DNA from: an uncultured Pseudomonadota bacterium
GTDB lineage: Bacteria > Myxococcota_A > Polyangia > Fen-1088
Direction: 5' to 3'
DNA length: 64,000 bases
NCBI GenBank assembly: GCA_963847705.1
Contig: CAWKBC010000017.1
Location: 224,001 to 288,000 of the forward strand
The translations under genes and the position numbers were made by a program. Positions 19,748-30,043 of the stretch are shown piece after piece. How positions within the stretch are numbered: the stretch's first letter is position 1; each line of letters opens with the position of its first letter. The notes beneath the pieces are model-generated. The model worked only from the letters and a program-made list of their open reading frames with translations. It was not told where the DNA came from and searched no databases.

Positions 19748-22700
19748 TGCAGGCCCGGCGCCGTCCAACCGCCGCCGTCGAGATCGAGGAAAAACGGATT
19801 GCTGAACGCGGTGGGCCAGACCCCCGGCGCGATCGCTTGCAGATCGAACCGGGGATCGTCGAGCGCCGGCCGCCCCGGCACGTCCATGGCGGGGAGATCG
19901 GGCAGACCGTCGCCGTCGGTGTCGGCGGGGGTGTCCTGGTGGAGCCCTGCCTCGACGACCAGCCAGGCGTCCCCGGTGGCGGGGAGCAAGGTGGCGAGCT
20001 GCATGCTGACCGACCCGGACGAGACGTGGGTGCCGAAGGGGTCGCTGCTGGGGAAGAGAGACGAAAGGTCGAAGGTGTGCACGAGCACGCCGTTCACGAA
20101 GACGCGCGCCTCCGTCACCGGGATCCAGGGCGCGGCCGCGACGGAGATCTTCAGCGTGGCGGAATGGCTGACCGTGATGGGCGCCATGTCGGGGCGGTAG
20201 CTCGTCGCGCCGTCATCGATGGTGACATCGAGGACGGGCCCGTTGGTCCCCTCGAGGTGCCCGGCGCGCACGTCGGCATCGAAGCTGTCGACGTCGAACG
20301 TCCCCTGGTCGTGGCCCCCCCAGACCAGGTTGCGCGGGTACCCGACCTGCTCGATCGACAGCGAGTGGGAGTCGCTGTTGGCGGTGCCGACACGTTTGAA
20401 CCCCTGGTTGAGCAGCGAGAACCACAGCGCGCGGTAGCGCAGCCAATCGGCGCGGGAGGCGCCGGTCATCACCTCCTCGACGTCCCAGTCGATGTTGCGG
20501 TGGTGGCCGCCGGGCGCACGCGCCAGCGCGTTCGCGGCGAAGCTGAAGCCGTCGGTCGGCGTCGCCGGGATGGGCGTGGTCGGGTCGTAGCCGAGCGCGG
20601 CGGGGTAGCCCTGGTCGCGCCCCAGCTTGGCGAGCAGGTACGGGTGATTGAGCTGACGCACGCCGGTCGCGGGGTTGGCGAACACCGCGTCCATGTCGTC
20701 CATCAACTGGCCGGGCTCGCGCAGCTCCGGCCAGGGGGCGCCGTTGCGGGTCTGGAGAAAATCGGGGACCAGCGGCCAAAAATTGAAATGCCCGAGCGTC
20801 TTCGGGAACCGGTCGCCGGGGACGTAGTACCAGAGGATGTTGGGCGTCTGCTCGACCCCGGGGATGACCACGATGGAATTCGTCGCGCCCAGCGTGGCCA
20901 GCGTGCTCGCGTAGCTGGTGACCACGTTGTGGTCGGTCGCGATGATCACGTCGACGCCGGTGGCGAGAAAGCTGATCACCCGATCGAGGTCGGGGATGGA
21001 GGTGTCGAAGCTGGCGCCGCCGTGGACGTGGAAGTCGCCCGAGACGACCCCGCTCGGCAGGAGCTGCGGGAGCGACTGGACCTGCAGTTTGACCGGCAAG
21101 GACATCCCCGGCGCGAGGTTGACCTCGGTGCGATCGATGCTGGAGAACGGTCCGCGGGTGGCATAGACGTAGTAATGCCCGGGCGGGACAGCCAGCTCGA
21201 AGCTGCCGTTGACGGTGAGCGCGCGGTTGCACGCCGGTGAGCCTCCGTCCGGCGGGCCGAGCATGGGCGCGCAGACCACGAGCGTGCTCGTGCACGGGGG
21301 CGAGCCGCCGTTCGAAGGGGCGGCCGTCGGCGGGCAGCCGGCGAACAGGCCGTAGAGGCTGGGGACCGGAGCGCCGGTGGCCGCCGGATCGTCGAAGGGG
21401 ATGAGCACCAGCTCGGCGTAGGTGACGGGGACGCCGGGCGACGATTCGACGGTGACCGTCAGATCGGCCGAGGCCGTGATCGTCACGTCGCCAATCGACA
21501 GGTCGGTGTCCGCCGCTATGAACGAGGCGGCGGCGCCGGCCGGCAGCCCGAAGGCGTAGGGCTGGACGCGGTAGTTGCGGTTGGGCGGCAGGGCCACCTG
21601 GAAGGTGCCGTCGCTGGCCGGGACGACCTCGTTCCACGGGGTGATGCCGGTCGGATCGTCGACGTTGGGGCCGGCGGCCGGCTCGTAGAACAGCAGCGAG
21701 GCAGCGCTCCCCGAGCGGGGGTTGACCGGCGCGCCGTTGGCGACGACGCGTCCCTTGACCGTGACGGCGGGTGGATCGCCGTGAACCAGCGTCCGGACGT
21801 GCAGCGCTTCGGCCACCGCCGGGGCCAGCCCCGGCCCCGGCTCGGCGAGGATGAATCGCTCGAAGTGAAATCCGTCCCCCGGCTGGGTGACGTCGAGCGG
21901 GACGCCGGCCGCGGTCAGGGAGGAGCTGTTGAATCCGGCCGACTGCGGGCGATCGCAGGCGATGGCCGCGTAGGCGGTGTCGGGCGCCGCCTGCGATCGG
22001 GCGGCGAGAAACGGCCATTGCCGCCAGGCCTGGTCGAGGTGCTCGAGATCGAGGTTCGGCTCGACGAACCCCAGCCCCCGGCCGGGGACGAAGGGCGCCA
22101 GGCCGTTGTCGCCCCAGAAGAAGGCGTCGGCGAGGTAGAGCGTGCTCGGAGCGGAGGCGCCGTTGTAGAGGTCGCTGCGGACCCGGACGCCCGGCTCGCA
22201 GGGGCGCAGCTCGTAGCGGGTGACGACGGTGACGTGCGAATCGCTCTCCAGGTGGCCGCGAAAGATGACCGCGGCGTAGGCCCCGGGCGCCGACGGGTCG
22301 AGCTGGGGATCGAGGATGGCGGCGCTTTCATAGTGGACAGCGTCGCGCGGGAGCACGCCGGCCGCATGGTAGATGGCGTTGGTCTGATCTCCGGTGCTCA
22401 TTCCGAGCGGCGCCAGATCGAGAATCGCGCCGCCGGTGGGGCCGATGAAGTGCGGGTGGTCGGGAGCGTCGAGCACCACGCGGAGGAGATCGTTCTCGAG
22501 CAGGTAGTCTCCCTGCGCGGCCAGCGCCTTTGGCCCCGCGACCCGCTCGGGATCGTCTGGGCCAATCTGCTCGACGCGCAGCTTCGGCGCGGTGCAGGCG
22601 GCGTAGACCAGCGCCGGGCAGGCCGCCGGCGGAAGGCACTGACCGTCGTCGCCGCCGACGCAGCCGTCGCGGTGACAGCCGGCCGTGGTGGCGGCGAGCG

Positions 22701-22749
22701 CCAGGGCCCCGAGCAGGACCACCGGGGACAAGCTGCGCGGGCGCCTCAT
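19744..22749 (-). CDS. Large lipoprotein, CehA/McbA-like PHP-family metallohydrolase
   Basis: Lipobox TAGC; metal-binding motifs GDFHVH, ATDHN, GVE, QLNHP, ANSDSH. Confidence 0.8.
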   Translation of the reverse strand: MRRPRSLSPVVLLGALALAATTAGCHRDGCVGGDDGQCLPPAACPALVYAACTAPKLRVEQIGPDDPERVAGPKALAAQGDYLLENDLLRVVLDAPDHPHFIGPTGGAILDLAPLGMSTGDQTNAIYHAAGVLPRDAVHYESAAILDPQLDPSAPGAYAAVIFRGHLESDSHVTVVTRYELRPCEPGVRVRSDLYNGASAPSTLYLADAFFWGDNGLAPFVPGRGLGFVEPNLDLEHLDQAWRQWPFLAARSQAAPDTAYAAIACDRPQSAGFNSSSLTAAGVPLDVTQPGDGFHFERFILAEPGPGLAPAVAEALHVRTLVHGDPPAVTVKGRVVANGAPVNPRSGSAASLLFYEPAAGPNVDDPTGITPWNEVVPASDGTFQVALPPNRNYRVQPYAFGLPAGAAASFIAADTDLSIGDVTITASADLTVTVESSPGVPVTYAELVLIPFDDPAATGAPVPSLYGLFAGCPPTAAPSNGGSPPCTSTLVVCAPMLGPPDGGSPACNRALTVNGSFELAVPPGHYYVYATRGPFSSIDRTEVNLAPGMSLPVKLQVQSLPQLLPSGVVSGDFHVHGGASFDTSIPDLDRVISFLATGVDVIIATDHNVVTSYASTLATLGATNSIVVIPGVEQTPNILWYYVPGDRFPKTLGHFNFWPLVPDFLQTRNGAPWPELREPGQLMDDMDAVFANPATGVRQLNHPYLLAKLGRDQGYPAALGYDPTTPIPATPTDGFSFAANALARAPGGHHRNIDWDVEEVMTGASRADWLRYRALWFSLLNQGFKRVGTANSDSHSLSIEQVGYPRNLVWGGHDQGTFDVDSFDADVRAGHLEGTNGPVLDVTIDDGATSYRPDMAPITVSHSATLKISVAAAPWIPVTEARVFVNGVLVHTFDLSSLFPSSDPFGTHVSSGSVSMQLATLLPATGDAWLVVEAGLHQDTPADTDGDGLPDLPAMDVPGRPALDDPRFDLQAIAPGVWPTAFSNPFFLDLDGGGWTAPGLQ

Positions 22750-22780
22750 CGCGCCGCATATTACTGCCGAATCAGCCGAA

Positions 22781-23557
22781 TCAGGCTTTGCTTGCGGCTG
22801 CCTGGGCGGGGGCGGCGCTCGGTGCCGTGGCGGCGGGCTTGGCGGGCGCCGCAGTCGCGGTGGAGGGAGCGGCGCTGGCCGGCGCGGGGCTGGCCCCTGC
22901 CGCACTGGCTGGCGCGACGCTGGTGGGCGGCGCGCTCGGCGCAGTCGGCGGGCGGCTCGGGCCGGGACCCGGGCCGGGGCCCGAACCGGCGACCGGCGCG
23001 GCGGGGCGAATGACGCCTCCGCGCGGGCCGATGATCATGACCATCCGGCGCCCCTCCATCATCGGGCGCTGCTCAACCATCGCGATGTCCGCAACGGTCT
23101 TCACCACGGAGTCGAGCATGGCCTGCCCGGTCTCGGGGTGAACGATCTCTCGGCCGCGGAAGACGATCACCAGCTTGCACTTGTTCCCCTCGGCGAGGAA
23201 CCGGCGAATGTGCTTCACCTTGAAGTCGAAGTCATGCTCGTCCGTCTTGGGACGGAGCTTGATCTCCTTGAGGACGACCGTCGTCTGGTGCTTCCGCGAA
23301 GCCTTTTCCTTCTTCGACGTCTCGTACTTGAACTTGCCGAAGTCCATGATCTTGCAAACCGGCGGCGCTGCGCGCGGGTTCACCTCGACCAGCTCGAGCC
23401 CGGCCTCTTCGGCCAGCTTGAGCGCTTCGTGCGTGGGGATGACGCCAATTTGCGCGCCGTCGGCGCCGATGACCCGCACCTCGGGCACGCGGATGCGGCG
23501 GCCCACTCGGTAGTTGTCCGTCGCGCTGGGGGGAGCTTGATTGAATGGTCTTGGGAT
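22781..23557 (-). CDS. infC: Translation initiation factor IF-3 with ATC start and Pro/Ala-rich C-terminal extension
   Basis: PPVCKIMDFGKFKYE, KEIKLRP, FRGRE; AGGAG RBS followed by in-frame ATC ATC at 23560/23557. Confidence 0.93.
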   Translation of the reverse strand: MPRPFNQAPPSATDNYRVGRRIRVPEVRVIGADGAQIGVIPTHEALKLAEEAGLELVEVNPRAAPPVCKIMDFGKFKYETSKKEKASRKHQTTVVLKEIKLRPKTDEHDFDFKVKHIRRFLAEGNKCKLVIVFRGREIVHPETGQAMLDSVVKTVADIAMVEQRPMMEGRRMVMIIGPRGGVIRPAAPVAGSGPGPGPGPSRPPTAPSAPPTSVAPASAAGASPAPASAAPSTATAAPAKPAATAPSAAPAQAAASKA

Positions 23558-23620
23558 GATCTTTCTCCTGGTGGGTGGTGGCTAGGTTAAGGGAGGCAAA
23601 ACGTCAGGTTATTGTAATGC

Positions 23621-23646
23621 CGGCGGGCGCTTCGGGATCCCCGCCG
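23621..23646 (-). terminator. Hairpin immediately downstream of thrS
   Basis: CGGCGGG-N12-CCCGCCG; a TACAAT -10-like box (minus strand, 23611-23616) follows toward infC. Confidence 0.3.
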
Positions 23647-23649
23647 AGA

Positions 23650-25497
23650 TCAGGAATCTTTCTTGTCAGGGGCTTGGTGGGGGGGGCTTGGTGGGGTCTC
23701 GGTGGGGGCCTTGGTCGGGTCGGCAGACGCCAGATCGGGGACCTTGGCCTCGGCGGCCAGCCGCCGGGCGAACTCATCGAGCGGCGTGGCCGGCTGCTGC
23801 GCCCCTTCCCGGGTGCGTGGGGAGACCACACGTGCGGCCATGTCTTTTTCTCCCACCACGACCATGTAAGGGATCTTCTCCAGCTGGGCTCGTCGAATTT
23901 TGGCGCCCAGCTTGTCGGCGGCCAGGTCGGCCTCGACCCGCAGCCCTTCGGCCTTCAGGCGCTCGCTGACCTCGCGCGCGTAAGCCTCGGCCTTGTCGCT
24001 GACGGAGAGCACGCGCGCCTGGACCGGCGCCAGCCAGAGCGGAAAAGCCCCGGCGAAGTGCTCGATGAGCACGGCGATGAACCGCTCGATGGAGCCGAGC
24101 AGCGCCCGGTGGATCATGACCGGCCGCTGGCGCGACCCGTCCGTGGCCACGTACTCCAGCTTGAACCGCTCGGGGAGCTGGAAGTCGAGCTGGAATGTCC
24201 CGCACTGCCACTCGCGGCCGATGGCGTCGCGGATCTTGAGGTCGATCTTGGGGCCGTAGAACGCCCCACCCCCCTCGTCGACCTCGAACGGCTTCCCGGT
24301 CCCCTCGAGCACGCGCCGGATCGCTGCCTCGGCGCGATCCCAGGAGGCGCTCTCGCCCATCAGGCTCTCGGGCCGCGTTGAGAGGAAGAGCTTCACGTCG
24401 GTGAAGCCGAACAGGTCGAGGATGTCGATGGCGAACTTGAAGCAGTCGCGCATCTCCTCTTCGATCTGCTCCTCGCGGACGAAGAGGTGCGCATCGTCCT
24501 GGGTGAACCCGCGCACGCGCAGGAGGCCATGCAGCACGCCCGAGCGCTCGTAGCGGTAGACCGTTCCGAGCTCGGCGAAGCGCAGCGGCAGATCTCGGTA
24601 GGAGCGCATCTGCGACCGGTAGATGGCGATGTGGAACGGGCAGTTCATCGGCTTGACGAGGTACCGCTGCCCTTCCAGCTCCATGCCGCCGAAGAGGTTC
24701 TCCTTGTAGTGCTCGAGGTGGCCGGAGATCTGGAGCAGCTGCTCGCGCGCGACGTGGGGGCTATAGACCGGCTGGTAGCCGCGCCGCACGACCTCGCGCC
24801 GAATGAGATCCTCGATCATCTGGCGGAGCATCGCCCCCTTCGGGTGCCAGAGGGCGAACCCGGGGCCGACCAGCTCGTCGAAGGAGAAGAGATCGAGCTC
24901 GCGCCCCAACGTCCGGTGGTCGCGCTTCTTGGCCTCTTCCAGCCGGCGCAGGTGCTCGTCGAGCTCCGCCTGCGAAGGGAACGCCGTCCCGTAGACGCGC
25001 TGGAGCTGGGGGTTGCGCTCGTCGCCGCGCCAGTAGGCGCCGGCGAACGACAGCACCTTGAAGGCCTTGATGTCGCCGGTCGACTCGACGTGCGGGCCGC
25101 GGCAGAGATCGATGAAGTCGCCGTGCTGGAAGTAGGAGACCTCTTCCGATTCGGGGATCGATTCGATGATCTCGACCTTGTACTTCTCGCCGCGCGAACG
25201 GAACCGCTCGATCGCCTCGGCGCGCGAGACCACGTGCCGCTCGAACGGCAGGTTCTCGGCCACGATCTTGCGCATCTCCTCCTCGATGCGCGCGGCGTCC
25301 TCGGGCGCGAACGGCTCGGTGTCGAAGTCGTAGTAAAAGCCGGTCTCGATCGAGGGACCGATCGCCACCTTGGCGCCGGGGCGCAGCCGCTGGACGGCGT
25401 CCGCCATCACGTGCGACGCCGAGTGCCGCATCCGCGACAGCGGATCGTCGGGAACGTCCCCCTTGTCGCGGGGCCGAATGGTCTTGGCGGAACTCAC
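23650..25497 (-). CDS. thrS: Threonyl-tRNA synthetase (short N-terminus)
   Basis: RHSASH, DLCRGPHV, GAYWRGD, RDHR, KPMNCP, RVRGFTQDDAH, AFYGPKID, GSIERF. Confidence 0.97.
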   Translation of the reverse strand: MSSAKTIRPRDKGDVPDDPLSRMRHSASHVMADAVQRLRPGAKVAIGPSIETGFYYDFDTEPFAPEDAARIEEEMRKIVAENLPFERHVVSRAEAIERFRSRGEKYKVEIIESIPESEEVSYFQHGDFIDLCRGPHVESTGDIKAFKVLSFAGAYWRGDERNPQLQRVYGTAFPSQAELDEHLRRLEEAKKRDHRTLGRELDLFSFDELVGPGFALWHPKGAMLRQMIEDLIRREVVRRGYQPVYSPHVAREQLLQISGHLEHYKENLFGGMELEGQRYLVKPMNCPFHIAIYRSQMRSYRDLPLRFAELGTVYRYERSGVLHGLLRVRGFTQDDAHLFVREEQIEEEMRDCFKFAIDILDLFGFTDVKLFLSTRPESLMGESASWDRAEAAIRRVLEGTGKPFEVDEGGGAFYGPKIDLKIRDAIGREWQCGTFQLDFQLPERFKLEYVATDGSRQRPVMIHRALLGSIERFIAVLIEHFAGAFPLWLAPVQARVLSVSDKAEAYAREVSERLKAEGLRVEADLAADKLGAKIRRAQLEKIPYMVVVGEKDMAARVVSPRTREGAQQPATPLDEFARRLAAEAKVPDLASADPTKAPTETPPSPPHQAPDKKDS

Positions 25498-25590
25498 GCG
25501 GGCAGCATAGCCGCGAGAACCGAGCACGCACCCAACCAAACAGCAACGAAATCGTTTCCCCCCATCCCGAGAACAGGCGAGGGAGAGGGC

Positions 25591-25665
<75 letters not shown>

Positions 25666-25709
25666 GGGATTTTTCTCTTACGATTCCGACGCCGATTTCG
25701 ATTCGGCGT

Positions 25710-25737
25710 ACGTTACGGTTCCCGCGTTCCGTGTCAA
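25710..25737 (-). promoter_or_regulatory. Sigma70-type promoter for tRNA-Val/thrS
   Basis: Minus strand TTGACA-N16-TAACGT upstream of the tRNA. Confidence 0.5.
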
Positions 25738-25763
25738 GGGAAACAAGCCGGCGGTCCTCGGTG

Positions 25764-27101
25764 ATGATCCAGGTCCCGCTTGTGGGTGACGGTGGTGCCG
25801 GCGCGCGCGCGGCGATCGCCAGGATTCGGACCTGGTTGGCCGCCCGGGCGACGACGGTGCCGTTCCGGCTGGCGGTGGCGCTGGGGCTGCTCGGATTGCA
25901 GCTGGCGGTGGCGATTCACTCCGGCGAGCGATTCAACGCAAGTTCAACGCCGCGCCCGGGAACCCTCCCCACTTTCAAAATCCGGCCAGCGACTGGGCCC
26001 CTCGAAACTGGGATCGGCTGATTGTCAGCCGCTGGGACTCCGGCAACTACATCGAGCTCGGCCTGCGCGGCTACCGTTACTGTCCGCCGCGCGGGCCGAC
26101 GCTCCCTGTTCGCGCTCCCGGCTGCAATCTGGCTTTTTATCCGACGTACGGCCTCGCCGGACGTTACGTCGCGATGGTCTCGGGCCTCCCGATCGACTTC
26201 GCGATGTGGGCGATCTCCCTGGTGTCGTCGTTCCTGTTTCTGTTCCTCTGGACCGGCAAGGACCTGACGTCGCGGCTCGGCGTCGCCGAGACCTATCTGG
26301 CGCTGCTGTTCTTCAACGCCTACACCACCGGTTACTGCCTGGTGATGGTCCAGACAGAGCCGCTGACGCTGGTGCTGGCGCTCGGGCGCCTTCGTGGCCT
26401 TCGCGCGCCAGCACCGGCTGGCCGGCGCGTTGCTGGCTGGGGCCACCACCGGCGTTCGCATCACCGGCGTGGCGATCGGGCTGGCGTTTGCGGCGGGGCT
26501 GCTGGTCGAGCTCTTGCGGGAGCGCCCGCGCTCCGTCTGGCCCTGGGTGCGCGGCCTTCTCCTGGCGGTCGTCGGCGTCTGGGGCCAGCTGGCGTTGATG
26601 GCCTATCACGCCCACCGGTTCGGCGATCCGATGACCTACATCCATGCCCACGGTCAGCTGTTCCACCACGAGCGCCCGGGCCTCGGTGCCCTGCTTCCAC
26701 CCGACGCCGACAAGATCGTCCAGTCGATCGATTACCCGTTGCACGAGGGGCTGTGGCTGGCGGCGGCGTTGCTCTGGTTCGTCCACGGGCACCGCGAGGC
26801 CTTGCGGCGTTTCCCCCTCGAGCAGCAGGCCTTCTGGTACGTGACCTACTTGGCGACCGTCGGCATCGCCACCGTTGGAATGATGCCGATCTCGCTGGCC
26901 GGGATGAGCCGCTATCTCCTCCTGGCGCTGCCGATGTTCTTCGCGATGGCGGCCGCCATGCGCCCGCGCCCCCTGCTGGCGCTGCTCTGGCTGGCGATGA
27001 CCGCCTGGCACTACTGGAACGTCGACATCTGCACCTACACCGGCGGGATGGGCGACCACGTGCTGGCGGTCTGCCACAGCCCGCACTGGATCAGGCACTG
27101 A
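25764..27101 (+). CDS. GT-C fold membrane glycosyltransferase, PIG-V/mannosyltransferase-like (split by about three frameshifts)
   Basis: RWDSGNY, AFYP, QTEP, RITG, MSRYLL motifs spread over frames; multiple TM helices. Confidence 0.7.
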
Positions 27102-28909
27102 TCGCTGGGCGCCTCGCTCTGCGTTCGCGCGCGAGCAGCAGCCCCTGCGCGACGACAGTGAGGACGAAGACGACGAGGCCGGCGGTCAGGCCCGTCGGCC
27201 GATAGGAGATCTCCACCAGCTCTTCGCTGCTCCGCACCTTGGCCCCGACGAGCCCGTGCCAGTTCTCGGCCGGCGCCCCGCCGGCGCGCCAGCCGGGATC
27301 GAAGTTCATGTCGTAGACGACGCGATCGCCGGGCGAGGCGCCGGTGACCTGGAGCGTGACCGCGTTGGGCGTCCAGCGGGTCACCTCGGCGCGTCCGGCG
27401 CCGCTGGCGAGAAAGGCCAGGCCGCGATAGTCGGGCTGGTCGCTGCCGATGACGGTGCTCTTGGCCTCGGGCGGGATGCCGTAGCAGGTGACCATCCCGG
27501 TGTTGGCGAGCATCGAGGGATAGATGATCTTGGCGGGCCACTCGTACCGATCGCGCAGCTCGGGTCCGACCGCCGGTTTTCCGTAGCGGTAGTGCTGGAA
27601 CTTCTCCTGCTTGAAGGCGGCGCTCGCCTTCACCGGCGGCACCTGCAGGCGAAACGGCGCGACGGTCGCCTGCCGGGAGATCGACGCCAGGTCGAAACCG
27701 TAGAGACAGACGATCGCCAGCGCCGCGGCCTCCGCCCAGCGGCGGCCCCGGCCGCGGGTGAAGCGCCCCCAGGGCTCGCTGGGCGCCGGCGGCCAGAACG
27801 AGGGCGAGCAGCAGGATCGCCAGGAACAGAATCCGGGCCGGCAGGTGCTGCGAGCTGAAGAGCGGGATGTGGTGGACCAGCGCCCAGATCGATTGCCCCA
27901 GCGACAGCACGACGCAGCAGAGCGCGGCGACCTTGAGCGCCACCAGACGGGGGCTCCACCCGACGGCCAGCGCGGCGAAGAGCGCCAGTACCCCGGCCAC
28001 GCCGACGTAGGCGCCCCACTCCCACCAGACCCAGAAGACCCGCAGCGGCAGGTGGGGATAGAAGTCGAAGCCCTGCTGGCGCGCGGTCAGCATCACCCAG
28101 ACGGAGTGCAACGACACGGCGTCGGCCGACTCGATGAGGCGCGGGTAGCGCGACATCGTGGCCAGGACCGGCAGGAGCTTGGGGGCGGCCAGACCGATCG
28201 AGGTGGCCGCGGTGAGGAGAAACAGCGCCAGCGGCCGGCGCGAGCGGACGGCGACGGCGCGCCCGATGGCGTAGAGCCAGAGCACCATCAAGGTGTGCGG
28301 ATAGGGATAGATGCCGCCCAGGTAGACGATCAGCGCCAGCAGGGCGCCGCCCGCCGCCGTCAGCGCCCGGCGATCCTCGTCGATCGCCCGGTCGAGGAAA
28401 TAGAGGACGAACGGCGTCCAGGCGTAGGCCAGGTGCCACATGTGCCCCGAGGCGACCTGCAGCGCCCAGCGGCTGCCCAGCATCCAGATGGCGGCCACGA
28501 ACGCCCGCCAGGCCGGACTGCGGGTGAAGCGGCCGGCCAGCAGGAAGGCGCCGAGGACCCCGACCCAGGTGGCGGCCACCACCTCGAGGCGCAGGGCCAG
28601 CGGAAACGAGAAGAGAAAATAGAGCGGCGCGAAGGGTGAGATGAAGTTGGTCGCCCCCTCGGCGTAACCCCAGGCGGGGAAGCCGCCGCAGAACCAGGGG
28701 TTCCACCAGGGGGCCTGGCCGTGGCGGAGCGCCAGCACGGTCACGTAGCGGTAGGCGGCTTGCGAGTCCCAGTCCTGAAAGCCCATCGCCCGCACGTCGG
28801 CGAAGAACGGCGCGAAGATCCAGAGCGCCAGCAGGAGGATCGGGACGACCGCCGCCCAGGCCCAAAGGGGATCGTGGCGATCGCGAAGGGAGCGCGGCGA
28901 CTCGGGCAC
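27091..28909 (-). CDS. Multi-TM GT-C/YfhO-like membrane protein (frameshift near 27770)
   Basis: QDWD, PWWNPWFCGGFP, AYAWTP; C-terminal NFDPGW...ISYRP periplasmic domain in a second frame. Confidence 0.65.
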
Positions 28910-29025
28910 GGCGCGACTTTCGTATGCCCCGACCGCGACAGCAAGTCAGGCGACAGCAAGGTCGGGCGACGCGACGTGCAGGCCGACTTGCTCCCGCTGC
29001 GCCGCGCTGGCAAGATTTCCGCGCT

Positions 29026-30000
29026 TTGATCATTGGCCGTAGCCCTCTGCGTGTCTCTCTCGGCGGAGGGGGCACCGACCTCCCCTCGTACTACCGCGAG
29101 CACGGCGGGTTTCTGATCGCCGCCGCGATGACCAAGTACGTCTACGTCTCGATGCACGAGACGCCTCTGCAGGAGATGCTGCTCCGGTATTCGCAGATCG
29201 AACGCGTCAAGGAGGTCTCCGAGATCCGCCACCCGATCCTCCGGGAGGCGCTCACCTTGACCGGCATCCGCGGGCCGAATCTGGAGATCACCAGCATGGC
29301 GGACATCCCCTCGGGGACCGGGCTCGGCTCCTCGGGGAGCTTCGCCACCTGCCTGCTCAAGGTGCTGCACAAGTTCAAGCGGCAGAACATCCACCCCCGC
29401 GAGCTGGCCGAGATGGCCTGTCACCTCGAGATCGACGTCCTCAAGGAGCCGATCGGGAAGCAGGATCAGTACATCGCGGCCTTCGGCGGCGTGACGGTGT
29501 TCGAGTTCAACCGGGACGACAGCGTCTCCGCGCGCCCGGTGCGGGCCAGCGCCGACACGCTGGATCTGCTGGAGGACAGCCTGATCATGGTGTCGACCGG
29601 CTTTTATCGGGCGGCCGGCCAGGTCCTCAAGGAGCAGGACGACAGGACGCGGACGGCCGACCCCACGATGGTCAGCAACCTGCACTACGTCAAAGAGCTG
29701 GGGCAGCGCAGCCTGGAGGCGATCGAGAGCGGCAACCTCACCGATCTCGGCCGGCTGATGGACGAGCACTGGGCGCACAAGAAGAAGCGTTCGAGCCTGA
29801 TGTCGAACCCCGACATCGACCGCTGGTATGCGCTGGCGATGGAGAACGGCGCCCTGGGCGGCAAGCTGATCGGGGCGGGCGGCGGTGGCTTCTTGCTGTT
29901 TTACACCGAGCAGAAGGGGCGCCTGCGCCACGCGCTCCGGGGCGCCGGCCTCGTCGAGGTGAACCTCGGCTTCGATTATGAAGGCACCAAGATCCTGTAG
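29026..30000 (+). CDS. GHMP sugar kinase, D-glycero-D-manno-heptose 7-phosphate kinase-like (HddA)
   Basis: PLRVSLGGGGTD, IPSGTGLGSSGS, GKQDQY, GGKLIGAGGGGF; TTG start. Confidence 0.85.
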   Translation: MIIGRSPLRVSLGGGGTDLPSYYREHGGFLIAAAMTKYVYVSMHETPLQEMLLRYSQIERVKEVSEIRHPILREALTLTGIRGPNLEITSMADIPSGTGLGSSGSFATCLLKVLHKFKRQNIHPRELAEMACHLEIDVLKEPIGKQDQYIAAFGGVTVFEFNRDDSVSARPVRASADTLDLLEDSLIMVSTGFYRAAGQVLKEQDDRTRTADPTMVSNLHYVKELGQRSLEAIESGNLTDLGRLMDEHWAHKKKRSSLMSNPDIDRWYALAMENGALGGKLIGAGGGGFLLFYTEQKGRLRHALRGAGLVEVNLGFDYEGTKIL

Positions 30001-30043
30001 CGTTGGCGACCTCCTCGGCTCCTGGCGGGATCGAATTGCGGAG

